A stretch of 64,000 bases of DNA from an uncultured delta proteobacterium (GTDB lineage Bacteria > Myxococcota_A > Polyangia > Palsa-1104), in NCBI GenBank assembly GCA_963785725.1, contig CAWAWS010000005.1, positions 160,001 to 224,000 on the forward strand, written 5' to 3'. The number at the start of each line of letters is the position of its first letter. Position 1 is the first letter of the stretch. The notes beneath the pieces were generated by a model. The model was not told the origin of the DNA. It saw only the letters and a program-made list of their open reading frames with translations, and did no database searches. The translations under genes were made by a program, and so were the position numbers. Below, piece by piece: positions 1 through 9,101 of the stretch.

Positions 1-193
1 CGACGCCGGCGAACGCCGACCCGTAGGTGCCGGGCTGCGTGAGGTCGCCGGCGCGCACGTCGACGCCCAGTCGCGCGAGCGCGTCACTCCCCTTCGGGCC
101 GTGGACGAGCGCGCGCACGCTCGCTCCACGCGCGCGCAGCTGGCGAACGAGACGGCTGCCGACCGTCCCTGTGGCGCCCGTCATCAAGATCAT
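1..193 (-). CDS. NmrA-like/NAD(P)H-binding oxidoreductase, N-terminal part (runs off window)
   Basis: Minus-strand translation MILMTGATGTVGSRLVRQLRARGARVRALV... has a Rossmann TGxxGxxG motif; GGAGG RBS upstream of the ATG at 193. Confidence 0.8.
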   Translation of the reverse strand, partial: MILMTGATGTVGSRLVRQLRARGASVRALVHGPKGSDALARLGVDVRAGDLTQPGTYGSAFAGV

Positions 194-420
194 CGTGGCC
201 TCCTCGCGACAGATCAGATGCAACGCGCGATCCGCTCCGCTCGCGCCTGACGCTGACAGTCGCGCGCCTGCTGTCGCCCGGTTCGCGGAAGGCTTACGAC
301 GACACCGCGTGCGGTGCCGCCGTGCGAATCGGCGCGGCGCGACGCCGGTCGGCTTCCTCGGCGACGACCCGAGGCGTTGCTCGTCGAACGGTTATGCGTA
401 CACTGCGCCCGGAGGTAACG

Positions 421-897
421 ATGAACGAGCGGAAACGGTGGCGATTCACGATTGGGCTCGGCGCGGCGGGGCTGCTCGCGCTGTCGGCGCTGACGCTTCC
501 GCGGCTCGGGCATGCCACGACCCCGCCGCCGGAGCGCTCGCCGTTCGAGTACGTGGGCGGGCTGGCGCTGCACGCCAATCAGCCGCAAGAGCTCGCCCGT
601 TGGTACTCGGACGTGCTCGGGCTTCCCATTCGAACGGTATTTCCCGGCGGCGTCTTCGGTGGCTTTCGCTCGGGGACGGTCGACTTCCACATGGCGATCG
701 TCGCGGCGAGCTCGAAGCATCCGGGACCGCCGCCCGGCACGACGTACGTGGTCCTGCGCGTCACCGACCTCGATGGGCGCGTTCGCGACCTGGCGAGCCA
801 CGGCGTCGTGCCGTACGAGACCACGCAAGACAAGAGCGGCCGCTTTGCCATGATTCACGATCCCGAGGGCAATACGATCGGGCTGTGGTCGCAATAG
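421..897 (+). CDS. VOC/glyoxalase family protein with N-terminal signal/TM segment
   Basis: WYSDVLG and FAMIHDPEGNTIGL motifs; GGAGG before the ATG at 421. Confidence 0.8.
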   Translation: MNERKRWRFTIGLGAAGLLALSALTLPRLGHATTPPPERSPFEYVGGLALHANQPQELARWYSDVLGLPIRTVFPGGVFGGFRSGTVDFHMAIVAASSKHPGPPPGTTYVVLRVTDLDGRVRDLASHGVVPYETTQDKSGRFAMIHDPEGNTIGLWSQ

Positions 898-989
898 CAG
901 CGGGCCTGCGCGCCGACGTCCGAAATGGTCGGAGACCACGCGCACAACGCGATAGTCGCAGCGTCCTCGTAGCGGCGCTCGCGCGTCGG

Positions 990-1691
990 TCAGCCGGGCG
1001 GCACGCAGCCGCCGGCGCCGTCGCACATCGTGCCGTTGCCGACGCTGCAGGGCGTGCCCGGCGCCGCCGGCGCGCTGCCGCACGTGTGCGCCGTCGGATC
1101 GCAGGCGCTGACGAGGCAGGGGTTCGACTGCGGCGGGCAGTTGCTGTCCATCAAGCAGCCGACGCAGGTGCCGCTGCCGTCGCAGACGGCGCCGTTGTCG
1201 TCGTCGCACTGGATGCCCGCGGGCGCGTCGACCACCATGCACATGAAGACCGTCGGGTTGCACAAGTTGGCCTGGCAGGCGGTGGTCGTGATGGGCGCGC
1301 AATCGGCCGGGCTGGCGCAGCCGAGGAAGCAAACGCCATGGCCGTCGCACACGTTGCCGCCGCTGTCGCTGCAGGGCGTGCCGGCGACGGCGTCGCTCAG
1401 GCCGCACATGCCGTTGGTCAGGCACGTGCTGCTCTGGCACGCGGTCGGCGGCGTCGGGCAGTCGCTCGGCACGTGGCACATGCCGCCGCCGTCGCCCGGG
1501 CTGGTCATGTCGAGCGGCGCGCCGGGACAGATCATGGCGCTGTCGATGCACGATCCGTTGCACGGCGATTGGCCGCTGAGACACGCGATCTCCGCCGGCG
1601 TCGAGCAGCCGCCGAGCCCGAGGCCGACCGCGGCTGCGACCACGACGCCGACGACCGCGCGCGCGATCATCAACCGCATCGGCGACTGCAT
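990..1691 (-). CDS. Cysteine-rich secreted lipoprotein, myxobacterial type
   Basis: Hydrophobic signal ending LGGC; three repeats of C..CxP...C...G..C.D....CDG.G.C; start may be a downstream ATG. Confidence 0.75.
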   Translation of the reverse strand: MQSPMRLMIARAVVGVVVAAAVGLGLGGCSTPAEIACLSGQSPCNGSCIDSAMICPGAPLDMTSPGDGGGMCHVPSDCPTPPTACQSSTCLTNGMCGLSDAVAGTPCSDSGGNVCDGHGVCFLGCASPADCAPITTTACQANLCNPTVFMCMVVDAPAGIQCDDDNGAVCDGSGTCVGCLMDSNCPPQSNPCLVSACDPTAHTCGSAPAAPGTPCSVGNGTMCDGAGGCVPPG

Positions 1692-1956
1692 CGGCGTTCT
1701 TCCCCCGTCAATGGCTCGCGCAATCAGCGAACGGTCGCTCCCCGCTTCATCTTGTCATTCGCGTGATCGCCGAGCCAAGAGAAAAGTTCGGTCTTGGAAT
1801 GGGGCGTGATAAAGTGGCGCATCCCGGATGACTACGACACCTCTCGATTCGAGCGGTAGCGCGGCGCCGGGCGCGCGCGGCCTGCGCGGCGGACTGCGAG
1901 CCGCGTGGCGGTCGGATCAGGCGGCCGCGGCGTTCCGTTTCATTTCATGGGGGGAG

Positions 1957-2409
1957 ATGATGCGGCATTCGTTCCGAGCGGCGCTCGCAGTGGCAGCGGT
2001 CGCGGCGCTCTCGACGGGCGCGCGGGCCGAGCCGACGGCGATCGGCAAGGCCAAGATCGTGAACGGCAAGGTGACCATCATCCGCGGCGCCAACAAGCTC
2101 GCGGTGAAAGTGGCCGACGCCATCAACGAGCACGATGTCTTCGAGACCGGGCCCGACGGCAGCGTCGGCATCACCTTCACCGACAACACGTCGTTCTCGA
2201 TCGGGCCCAACAGCCGCGTCGCCATCGACACCTACTTCTTCGATCCCAAGAACTTGAAGGGCAACCTCTTGGCGCAGCTCAAGAAGGGGACGATGATGGT
2301 GCGCTCGGGCGAGCTGACGCGACAGCAGCCGGGCTCGGTGCAGGTCAAGACGCCACGAACCGTGCTCGGCGTGCGCGGCACGACCTTCGTCGTCTCTGTT
2401 GACGAATAG
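1957..2409 (+). CDS. Stand-alone secreted FecR-domain protein
   Basis: Signal peptide followed by the FecR core ETGPDGSVGITFTDNTSFSIGPNS...VKTPRTVLGVRGTTF. Confidence 0.85.
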   Translation: MMRHSFRAALAVAAVAALSTGARAEPTAIGKAKIVNGKVTIIRGANKLAVKVADAINEHDVFETGPDGSVGITFTDNTSFSIGPNSRVAIDTYFFDPKNLKGNLLAQLKKGTMMVRSGELTRQQPGSVQVKTPRTVLGVRGTTFVVSVDE

Positions 2410-2414
2410 GCCCT

Positions 2415-5093
2415 GTGCTTCGCGCGCCTCGGTTCGGCTGGCCTCTGTGCATCGGTCTCGGCCTCGCGTGCGCGGTCGCGCGGCTGCCGTCGGCCGGCGC
2501 GCAGTCGGCGGGCTATCAGCTCAACCGCTACGAGCCGACGCCGGCCGGTGATCCGTTTACGCTCGTCGAGTATCCCTGGTACTCGGCGACGCGCTGGTTC
2601 GCCGGCGGGCTGACGCTCGACTATGCGCACCAACTGCTCGTCGCGCACGGCGCGCCGGCGCCGATCGCCAATCAGCTCGACGGACACCTCGACCTCGCCG
2701 GCTCGCTGTTCGATCGCGTCGCCGTGACGCTGAGCGTGCCGATGGTGCTGTACGAAGGCGGCACCGCCTTCAACGGCATCGGGCCGACCGGCGCCGTCGC
2801 CGGCAATCCGCGGCTCGGCGTGCGCGCGCGCCTCGTCGGCCAGCCCGACTCGCGCGTCTCGCTGAGCGCCAGCGCCTATCTCTGGATCCCCGTTGGCGAG
2901 CAGCACAACTTGGCCGGCGACGCGGGCGTGCGCTTCATGCCGCGGCTCAGTCTCGGCGGGCTCATGCTCGCGCAGCTGCCGTGGCAGCTGCGCTGGGCGG
3001 TCAACGCCGCGTTCCTCTATCGCGGGACGGCGCGGGTGGCGACCAGCGTCTCGCCGGTCGGCAACACGGTCGGCTCCGAGCTGCAGCTCTCGGCCGGCCT
3101 CAGCTTCGTGGCGCTCGAGCGCCGCTTCAGCATCGGTCCCGAGGCGCTCTTGTCGATCGCAGTGGCCGGCGATCTGCCGAGCGGACAGCAGCTGGCGACG
3201 CTGGAGCTGCTCGGCGCCGCGCACTATCTGGTGGCCGACACGGTGCAGCTCGGGCTCGGCATCGGCGGCGGCGTGGCCGGTGCGCCCGGTCCGCCCGACC
3301 TCCGCTTCATCTTCTCGCTCGCCTATGCGCCGCTGCGCCGGCGGACCTCGACGTTCGAGCGGGTGGTCGTGCTGCCCGACGAAGACGGTCACGTGGGCGG
3401 CGTCGTCGTCGACGACGGCAAAGCGCGCACGGTGCTCGACCAGGCTTACGCCGCGACGGAGATCGGCAGAAAGGACAAGCGCGCGCGGGCGGTGCAGAGC
3501 TCGGCGCAGGCGCTGCCGCCGGGCGTGGCGGCGTTGGCGCGCGCGCTGCCGCCGTCCGATCGCGACGGCGACGGCATCGTCGACGCGCAGGACGCCTGCC
3601 CCGATCGCGCCGGCGTGGCCTCGGCCGATCCGATTCGCCACGGCTGCCCCAAAGCGTCGGAGAAGGTGGTCGTGCTGCCCGACGCCGATGGACACGTGGG
3701 CGGCGTCGAGGTCGATGACGGCCGGACGAAGACGCTCATCGATCGGCCTTACGCCGGCGTCGAGGTCGGCGCCGACGGCCACGCGCAGGCGGTGGCGCCG
3801 CCGCCGGCCAAAGCCGTGGCTCGCTCGGTCGCGGCCGTCGCCGGCGCGCTGCCGCCGCCCGATGCCGACGACGACGGCGTGCGCGACAACGAGGACGCCT
3901 GCCCCGACCGCGCCGGCGTCGCCTCCGACGATCCCTTGCGCAACGGCTGCCCGGCGGCGCTCGAGCGGATGGTGGTGCTGCCCGATCCCGATGGGCACGT
4001 CGGCGGCGTCGAGGTCGACGACGGCAAGCGGCGCACGCTCGTCGATCAGCCCTACGCCAGCGCCGAGGTCGGCGGCGATGGCCACGTGCGCGCCGTGCCG
4101 CCTTCGCTGCGGTCGGCGGTCGAGCGCTCGGTGGCGGCCATCGCGCGTACGCTGCCGGCCGCCGACGATGACGCCGACGGCATCGCCGACGCCGACGATG
4201 CCTGCCCGGGTCGCGCCGGCGTCGCCGCGCCCGACGCCCTGCGCAACGGCTGCCCGAGCGTGCGCGAGCGCGTCATCGTCCTGCCCGACGCCGACGGGCA
4301 CGTCGGCGGCGTCGAAGTCGACGATGGCCAGTCGAAGACCGTGCTCGATCGCGCCTACGCGACCGCCGAGGTCGGCGCCGACGGGCGCGCGCAGCTGGCG
4401 CCGACCTCGCCGGTGTACGCCGTGACGCGGTCGATCCGCGCCATCGCCACGACGATGCCGCCGCCCGACCGCGACGACGACGGCGTCGCCGATCAAGACG
4501 ACGCCTGCCCCGATCGCGCCGGCGCGCCCAGCGCCGACTCCCTCCGCAGCGGCTGCCCGCGCACCGTCGAGCAGGTGGTCGTATTGCCCGACGAAGACGG
4601 CCACGTCGGCGGCGTCGAGGTCGATGACGGCCACGGCAAGACGCTGCTCGCCGAGGCCTACGCCACGTCCGAGACCGGCAGCGACGGCCGCGCCCGCGGC
4701 TTGAAGACGCTGCCGGCCGAGGTGGCGAAGACCTTCGCGCAGGCGATGGCCGCGCAGCCGCCGGGCGCGCGCCTCATCATCTACTTCGACAAGCGCGCCG
4801 AGCCGGTGCGCGACTTGACCGGCCCCATCGCCAACGTCGTCGCCGAGGTCAAGGCGCGCGCCACCTATTCGATCGACGTCGTCGGCCACACCGACGAGCG
4901 CGGCTCGCGCGCCGCCAATCAGCGCATCGGCCTCGAGCGCGCGCAGCTCATCGCCGACCGCCTGATCGCGGCCGGCGTTCCCGTCGAGCGCGTGCACGTC
5001 ATCTCCAAGGGAATGACCGAGCCGTCGGTGTCGGTGAAGAAGAAGAGCGTCGCCGAATTCCGCAACCGCCGCGTCGAAGTCTTCGTTCGTTAG
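2415..5093 (+). CDS. OmpA-family outer membrane protein: N-terminal beta-barrel-like region, five tandem modules with TSP3-like Ca-binding motifs, C-terminal OmpA_C domain
   Basis: C-terminal GHTDERGSRAANQRIGLERA...RNRRVEVFVR; DxDxDGxxDxxDxCP motifs; repeated VVVLPDxDGHVGGVEVDDG. Confidence 0.9.
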   Translation: MLRAPRFGWPLCIGLGLACAVARLPSAGAQSAGYQLNRYEPTPAGDPFTLVEYPWYSATRWFAGGLTLDYAHQLLVAHGAPAPIANQLDGHLDLAGSLFDRVAVTLSVPMVLYEGGTAFNGIGPTGAVAGNPRLGVRARLVGQPDSRVSLSASAYLWIPVGEQHNLAGDAGVRFMPRLSLGGLMLAQLPWQLRWAVNAAFLYRGTARVATSVSPVGNTVGSELQLSAGLSFVALERRFSIGPEALLSIAVAGDLPSGQQLATLELLGAAHYLVADTVQLGLGIGGGVAGAPGPPDLRFIFSLAYAPLRRRTSTFERVVVLPDEDGHVGGVVVDDGKARTVLDQAYAATEIGRKDKRARAVQSSAQALPPGVAALARALPPSDRDGDGIVDAQDACPDRAGVASADPIRHGCPKASEKVVVLPDADGHVGGVEVDDGRTKTLIDRPYAGVEVGADGHAQAVAPPPAKAVARSVAAVAGALPPPDADDDGVRDNEDACPDRAGVASDDPLRNGCPAALERMVVLPDPDGHVGGVEVDDGKRRTLVDQPYASAEVGGDGHVRAVPPSLRSAVERSVAAIARTLPAADDDADGIADADDACPGRAGVAAPDALRNGCPSVRERVIVLPDADGHVGGVEVDDGQSKTVLDRAYATAEVGADGRAQLAPTSPVYAVTRSIRAIATTMPPPDRDDDGVADQDDACPDRAGAPSADSLRSGCPRTVEQVVVLPDEDGHVGGVEVDDGHGKTLLAEAYATSETGSDGRARGLKTLPAEVAKTFAQAMAAQPPGARLIIYFDKRAEPVRDLTGPIANVVAEVKARATYSIDVVGHTDERGSRAANQRIGLERAQLIADRLIAAGVPVERVHVISKGMTEPSVSVKKKSVAEFRNRRVEVFVR
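3363..4760 (+). repeat. Intragenic tandem repeat, 303-bp (101-aa) period, 4 full copies plus 1 partial
   Basis: The VVVLPD module starts at 3363, 3666, 3969, 4272 and 4575, exactly 303 bp apart. Confidence 0.95.
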
Positions 5094-5097
5094 CGCC

Positions 5098-6504
5098 TTA
5101 GTGGTCGGAGCCGCCTTGCAGCTCGGACAGCCGCGCGTCGTGCTCGAGGAAGCGGTCGGCGAGCGCCTTGACGAACTGCCCCAAGAACGAGCTGCGCACC
5201 AGCTCCTCCAGCGCGTGACGCTCGACGACGACGGCGCTGACCTCGTCGATGGCGATGACGCTGGCCGAGCGCGGCGCGTCGGCGAAGATGGCCGTCTCGC
5301 CGAACACCTGCCCCGCTTCCAGCGTTCGCACCGTCACCGTGCGCGTCGGATCGGCGGCGTCGCGCTTGCGCACCTCGCAGCGGCCGCCGGTGATGATGAA
5401 GGCGGCGCGCGCCGGCTCGCCCTCGGCCACGATCACCTCGCCCGCGTGGAACTTCTGCATCGCGAACCAGTTGCCGCCGCGCAAGAACGCGCGCAGCTCT
5501 TCGGCCAGCTCCTCGACCGTTTGATGACGCTTGTTCGGGTCGGCCTCCATCGCCTTCATGGCGATGCGGCTCAGCTTCGGCGGCGGCTTGATGGCGACGC
5601 CGGTGCTCTCCTCGGGCGGCTTGAGCTGCCGGCGCTGCGCCAGCGGCAGCGCCTCCGGCACCGGGCCCGGATAAGGCGGCGAGCCGGTCAACATCTTGTA
5701 GAGGATGCCGCCGATCGCGAACACGTCGGTGCGCTGATCGATCTGCTGGATGTGACCCCAGGCCTGCTCGGGCGCCATGTACTGCACGGTGCCGATGACG
5801 GTGCCTTCGGGATCGGCGCGGCGCGGAATCTGCGAGCGGTGGCCGGCGCACACGTGCGCGCAGCCCCAGTCCATGACGTAGACCTGACCGAAGCCGCCGA
5901 CCATGATGTTGTCGGGCTTCAAGTCGCGATGAATGATGCCGCGGCTGTGCGCGAAGGCCATGGCGTCGCAGACCTTGACCAGGATCTCGAGCAGCCGCTC
6001 GAGGTCGCGCTGCGTCTTCTGCGCGGCGATGAGGCGCGTCAGCGTCTCGCCGTCGACCAGCTTCATCGTGAAGTAGCTGGGCACGCCGCGCGCGTCGAGC
6101 ACCAGCTCGTGCACGGGGACGATGTTGGGGTGGTCGAGCTGCCCGGTGATGCGCGCCTCGTCGAGAAAGCGCTCTTTGGAGTCCGGCTGCGCCGCCAGCT
6201 CGTTGTCGAGCACCTTCATGGCGATGTGGCGCAAGAGCTCGGTGTCGTAGAGGCGGCGAATCGAGCCCATGCCGCCGCGCGCGATCTCGCCCTCGTCGCG
6301 CAGGCGATCTTTGCCGCGCAAGGACGGCGGCGCCGCGGCCGGCGTCGGCGGCGGACCGGCGCCCTCGGCGCGCTCCGACTCCCAGGTGTCCACCGAGCCT
6401 TCGAACCAGGGGACATCGCTGGCCTCGTCGTCGACGGCGGAGCTGGGCTTGGCGCGCTGCAGACGGCCGACGGCGGTGACCGGATCATCGTGGCTCATAG
6501 ACAC
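5098..6504 (-). CDS. Hanks-type Ser/Thr protein kinase with C-terminal cyclic nucleotide-binding domain
   Basis: IARGGMG, IAMK, HRDLKPDN, DWG and GTVQYMAPE kinase motifs; C-terminal GEVIVAEGE...GQVFGETAIFADAPRSASV cNMP cassette. Confidence 0.92.
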   Translation of the reverse strand: MSMSHDDPVTAVGRLQRAKPSSAVDDEASDVPWFEGSVDTWESERAEGAGPPPTPAAAPPSLRGKDRLRDEGEIARGGMGSIRRLYDTELLRHIAMKVLDNELAAQPDSKERFLDEARITGQLDHPNIVPVHELVLDARGVPSYFTMKLVDGETLTRLIAAQKTQRDLERLLEILVKVCDAMAFAHSRGIIHRDLKPDNIMVGGFGQVYVMDWGCAHVCAGHRSQIPRRADPEGTVIGTVQYMAPEQAWGHIQQIDQRTDVFAIGGILYKMLTGSPPYPGPVPEALPLAQRRQLKPPEESTGVAIKPPPKLSRIAMKAMEADPNKRHQTVEELAEELRAFLRGGNWFAMQKFHAGEVIVAEGEPARAAFIITGGRCEVRKRDAADPTRTVTVRTLEAGQVFGETAIFADAPRSASVIAIDEVSAVVVERHALEELVRSSFLGQFVKALADRFLEHDARLSELQGGSDH

Positions 6505-6628
6505 TCCCGGTCGTCATCATACCCTCGCCGCGATTGACAGGTCCATAGCGCCGCTTCTACGATGAGAACGCCGTCGGCATCGGCCGGGAGTCATTCGTGC
6601 GTCTGGGGACGAGAGCGTTCGAGCGCTG

Positions 6629-9082
6629 ATGGGCAACCGCCGCGTCTGGCTCGTGCAACTGCCGCTGGTGCTGGTGTGGACGCTGGCGTTCACGATCGCG
6701 CAGCGCGGCGACGAGCGGACGCTGACGAGCCCGCTGCTGCGCGATCGCGTCTATCGGACGCTGCGCATGATGGAGGGCTTCGCCACCGACCTGAAGTTTC
6801 GCCTGCGCGGGCCGCGGCCGCTGACGCCCAAGATCGTGATGGTCGAGATCGACGAAGACGCCATCAACCAAGTCGGCCGCTGGCCCTGGCACCGCGACGC
6901 GATGGCGGTCCTCATTCAGTCGGCGTTCGACGCCGGCGCGCGCGTCGTCGGGCTCGACATCGTCTTCTCCGAGCCCGACGTGCGCGTGCCCGAAGCGGTC
7001 GGTGAGCTCTTGCGCGGGCACGGCCTCGGCGACCAGATCCCGGCGTTCGAGACCGATCTGACGTTACAGCGCATCATCGCGCTCCATCGCGATCGGCTCG
7101 TGCTCGGCTGGATGAGCGACGACGCCTGCGTGCCCGCCTGGGAACATTGCGATCCGATGCTGGCGCTGCCCAAAGGCTTCGAGAAGTTCGCCTACGGCCA
7201 CCTGAGCGGCACGTTTCGTCAGGACGGGACGGCGCTCGTGACCGTCCCCACCATCACCGCCAACATCGACGGCTTCGACGAGGCGGCCGCGCACTCGGGC
7301 TACTTCCAAGGCTGGCCCGATCCCGACGACGTGACGCGCCGGACCTTCTTGGCCGTCACCGCGAACGGGCACCTCTTTCCGTCGCTGCCTCTCGAGATGG
7401 CGCGCGTCGGCCTCGACGACGAGCTCGGCGCCGACCTCGACGGCCGCGGCGAGATCGCCAGCCTCTCGCTCTTGCGCGCGGGGCGGCGCCTGCCGGTCTC
7501 GAAGCACGGCGTCCTGCCGATCAACTTCCTCGGGCCCGGCTATCAAGAAGGCGCGTTTCCGTGGGTGCCGGCGATGCAGCTCATCGGCGACGCCGAGCGC
7601 ATCCAGTTCGTGCGCAAGCACAAGGTGGAGTCGGTGGCGCGCTCGGCGCTGTTTCAGGACGCCTACGTCTTCATCGGCTTGTCGGCGCAGGGTGTGAACG
7701 ATCTGCGTAACTTTCCCTTCGCCTCGCACGGGCCCGGCGTCGAAGGCCACGCGACGGTCTTGGAGAACATCCTGTCGCAGCAGTTCCTGCGCACCGGCGC
7801 CGGGCTCTGCGATGGACGGCTGGTGCTGGCGCTGATGACGCTGGGCGCGCTCCTGTTCGGCTGGGCGATGGTGCGGCTGGCGGCGCTGCCGGCGCTCTTG
7901 CTGTCGGTCGCGGTCATCGGTGCGCTGGCGGTCGTGGACGTGGCGCTGTTCAGCCGGCGCAACATCGATCTCGACTCCGTCTTCCTCTTCGGCGAGCTGA
8001 CGACGCTCTTCGTGGCGACGCTGGCGGTGAAGTACGTCCAAGAGGAGCGCGGCAAGCAGCTCATCCGCGGCACCTTCTCGAAGTACCTCGCGCCCGCCGT
8101 CGTCGACGAGATGCTCAAGGACCCGGGCAACGTCAAGCTGGGCGGCGAGACGCGCAAGCTGACCATCATGATGTCCGATCTGCGCGGCTTCACCGCCACC
8201 GCCGAGCGCCTGCGGCCGGAACAGGTGCTGGGCCTGCTCAACAATTACTTGGGGACGATGGCGGACATCATCGTCGACCATCAAGGCACGATCGACGAGT
8301 TCATCGGCGACGCCATCCTCGTCATCTTCGGTGCGCCGCTGGCGCGCGCCGACGACGCGCGCCGCGCCGTGGCCTGCGCGGTGGCGATGCAGCGGGCGAT
8401 GAAGGGCATCAACGAGCACAACGCGCGGCTCGGGCTGCCGGCGATCGAGATGGGCGTCGCGCTCAACACCGGCGAGGTCATCGTCGGCAACATCGGCTCG
8501 CAGCAGCACATCAAGTACGGCGTCGTCGGCAGCCACGTGAACCTGACGGCGCGCATCGAGTCCAACACCGTCGGCGGGCAGGTGCTGATCTCGGGCACGA
8601 CGCTGGCGTTGGCGGGCGCCGACCTCGTGCTCGGCGACCAGCAGCTGATCGTCGCCAAGGGCTTTCCGCAGCCGATTCCGGCGTTCGAGGTCCGTGGCAT
8701 CGGCGGCGAGTACGACCTCATGCTCGACGAGGTGGACCTGGCGCTGGTGACGCTCGAACGCCCGCTCGACGTGCGCTACCGGCTCGTCATGAGCAAGAAC
8801 GAGGAAGGGCCGGAAGCGGTCGGACAGCTGCGCGCGCTGTCCGCCAAGGGCGCCGTGCTCGCCGGCGACGGCGCGCTCGACGCCTTCGCCAACCTCAAGC
8901 TCACGATGGTGGCGCCCACCGGTGTCGCCATCGAGGGCGCGCTCTACGCCAAAGTCGTCGCCGGCGGCGCGGCGTGCACGCTGCGCTTCACGGCGGTGCC
9001 GCCGGAGGTCGAGCGCTTCGTCGCGCAGCAGCTCGAGCCGGCGACGCCCGAGCGTTCGAGCGAGCTGGCCGGACGCTCCTGA
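6629..9082 (+). CDS. CHASE2-domain membrane class III nucleotidyl cyclase, probably guanylyl (Cya2-like), with C-terminal PilZ-like beta domain
   Basis: CHASE2 motifs (IDEDAINQVGRWPWHR, GLDIVFSE, PGVEGHA), TM helices, catalytic motifs SDLRGFT, IDEFIGDA, KYGVVGSHVNLTARIE. Confidence 0.9.
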   Translation: MGNRRVWLVQLPLVLVWTLAFTIAQRGDERTLTSPLLRDRVYRTLRMMEGFATDLKFRLRGPRPLTPKIVMVEIDEDAINQVGRWPWHRDAMAVLIQSAFDAGARVVGLDIVFSEPDVRVPEAVGELLRGHGLGDQIPAFETDLTLQRIIALHRDRLVLGWMSDDACVPAWEHCDPMLALPKGFEKFAYGHLSGTFRQDGTALVTVPTITANIDGFDEAAAHSGYFQGWPDPDDVTRRTFLAVTANGHLFPSLPLEMARVGLDDELGADLDGRGEIASLSLLRAGRRLPVSKHGVLPINFLGPGYQEGAFPWVPAMQLIGDAERIQFVRKHKVESVARSALFQDAYVFIGLSAQGVNDLRNFPFASHGPGVEGHATVLENILSQQFLRTGAGLCDGRLVLALMTLGALLFGWAMVRLAALPALLLSVAVIGALAVVDVALFSRRNIDLDSVFLFGELTTLFVATLAVKYVQEERGKQLIRGTFSKYLAPAVVDEMLKDPGNVKLGGETRKLTIMMSDLRGFTATAERLRPEQVLGLLNNYLGTMADIIVDHQGTIDEFIGDAILVIFGAPLARADDARRAVACAVAMQRAMKGINEHNARLGLPAIEMGVALNTGEVIVGNIGSQQHIKYGVVGSHVNLTARIESNTVGGQVLISGTTLALAGADLVLGDQQLIVAKGFPQPIPAFEVRGIGGEYDLMLDEVDLALVTLERPLDVRYRLVMSKNEEGPEAVGQLRALSAKGAVLAGDGALDAFANLKLTMVAPTGVAIEGALYAKVVAGGAACTLRFTAVPPEVERFVAQQLEPATPERSSELAGRS

Positions 9083-9101
9083 GCTCCGCGCGCGCCGCCG
9101 C

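Noticed and set aside
990..1691. Cys-rich protein as a RiPP precursor or multiheme cytochrome
   Set aside because: No CxxCH motifs or modifying enzymes; the pattern matches common myxobacterial disulfide-rich surface repeats.
2232..4997. 921-aa minus-strand ORF and other long Arg/Ala-rich ORFs (e.g. 27-1766, 26492-29143, 19806-21668, 53635-55329)
   Set aside because: Shadow or antisense ORFs of real genes in high-GC DNA; no recognisable motifs.
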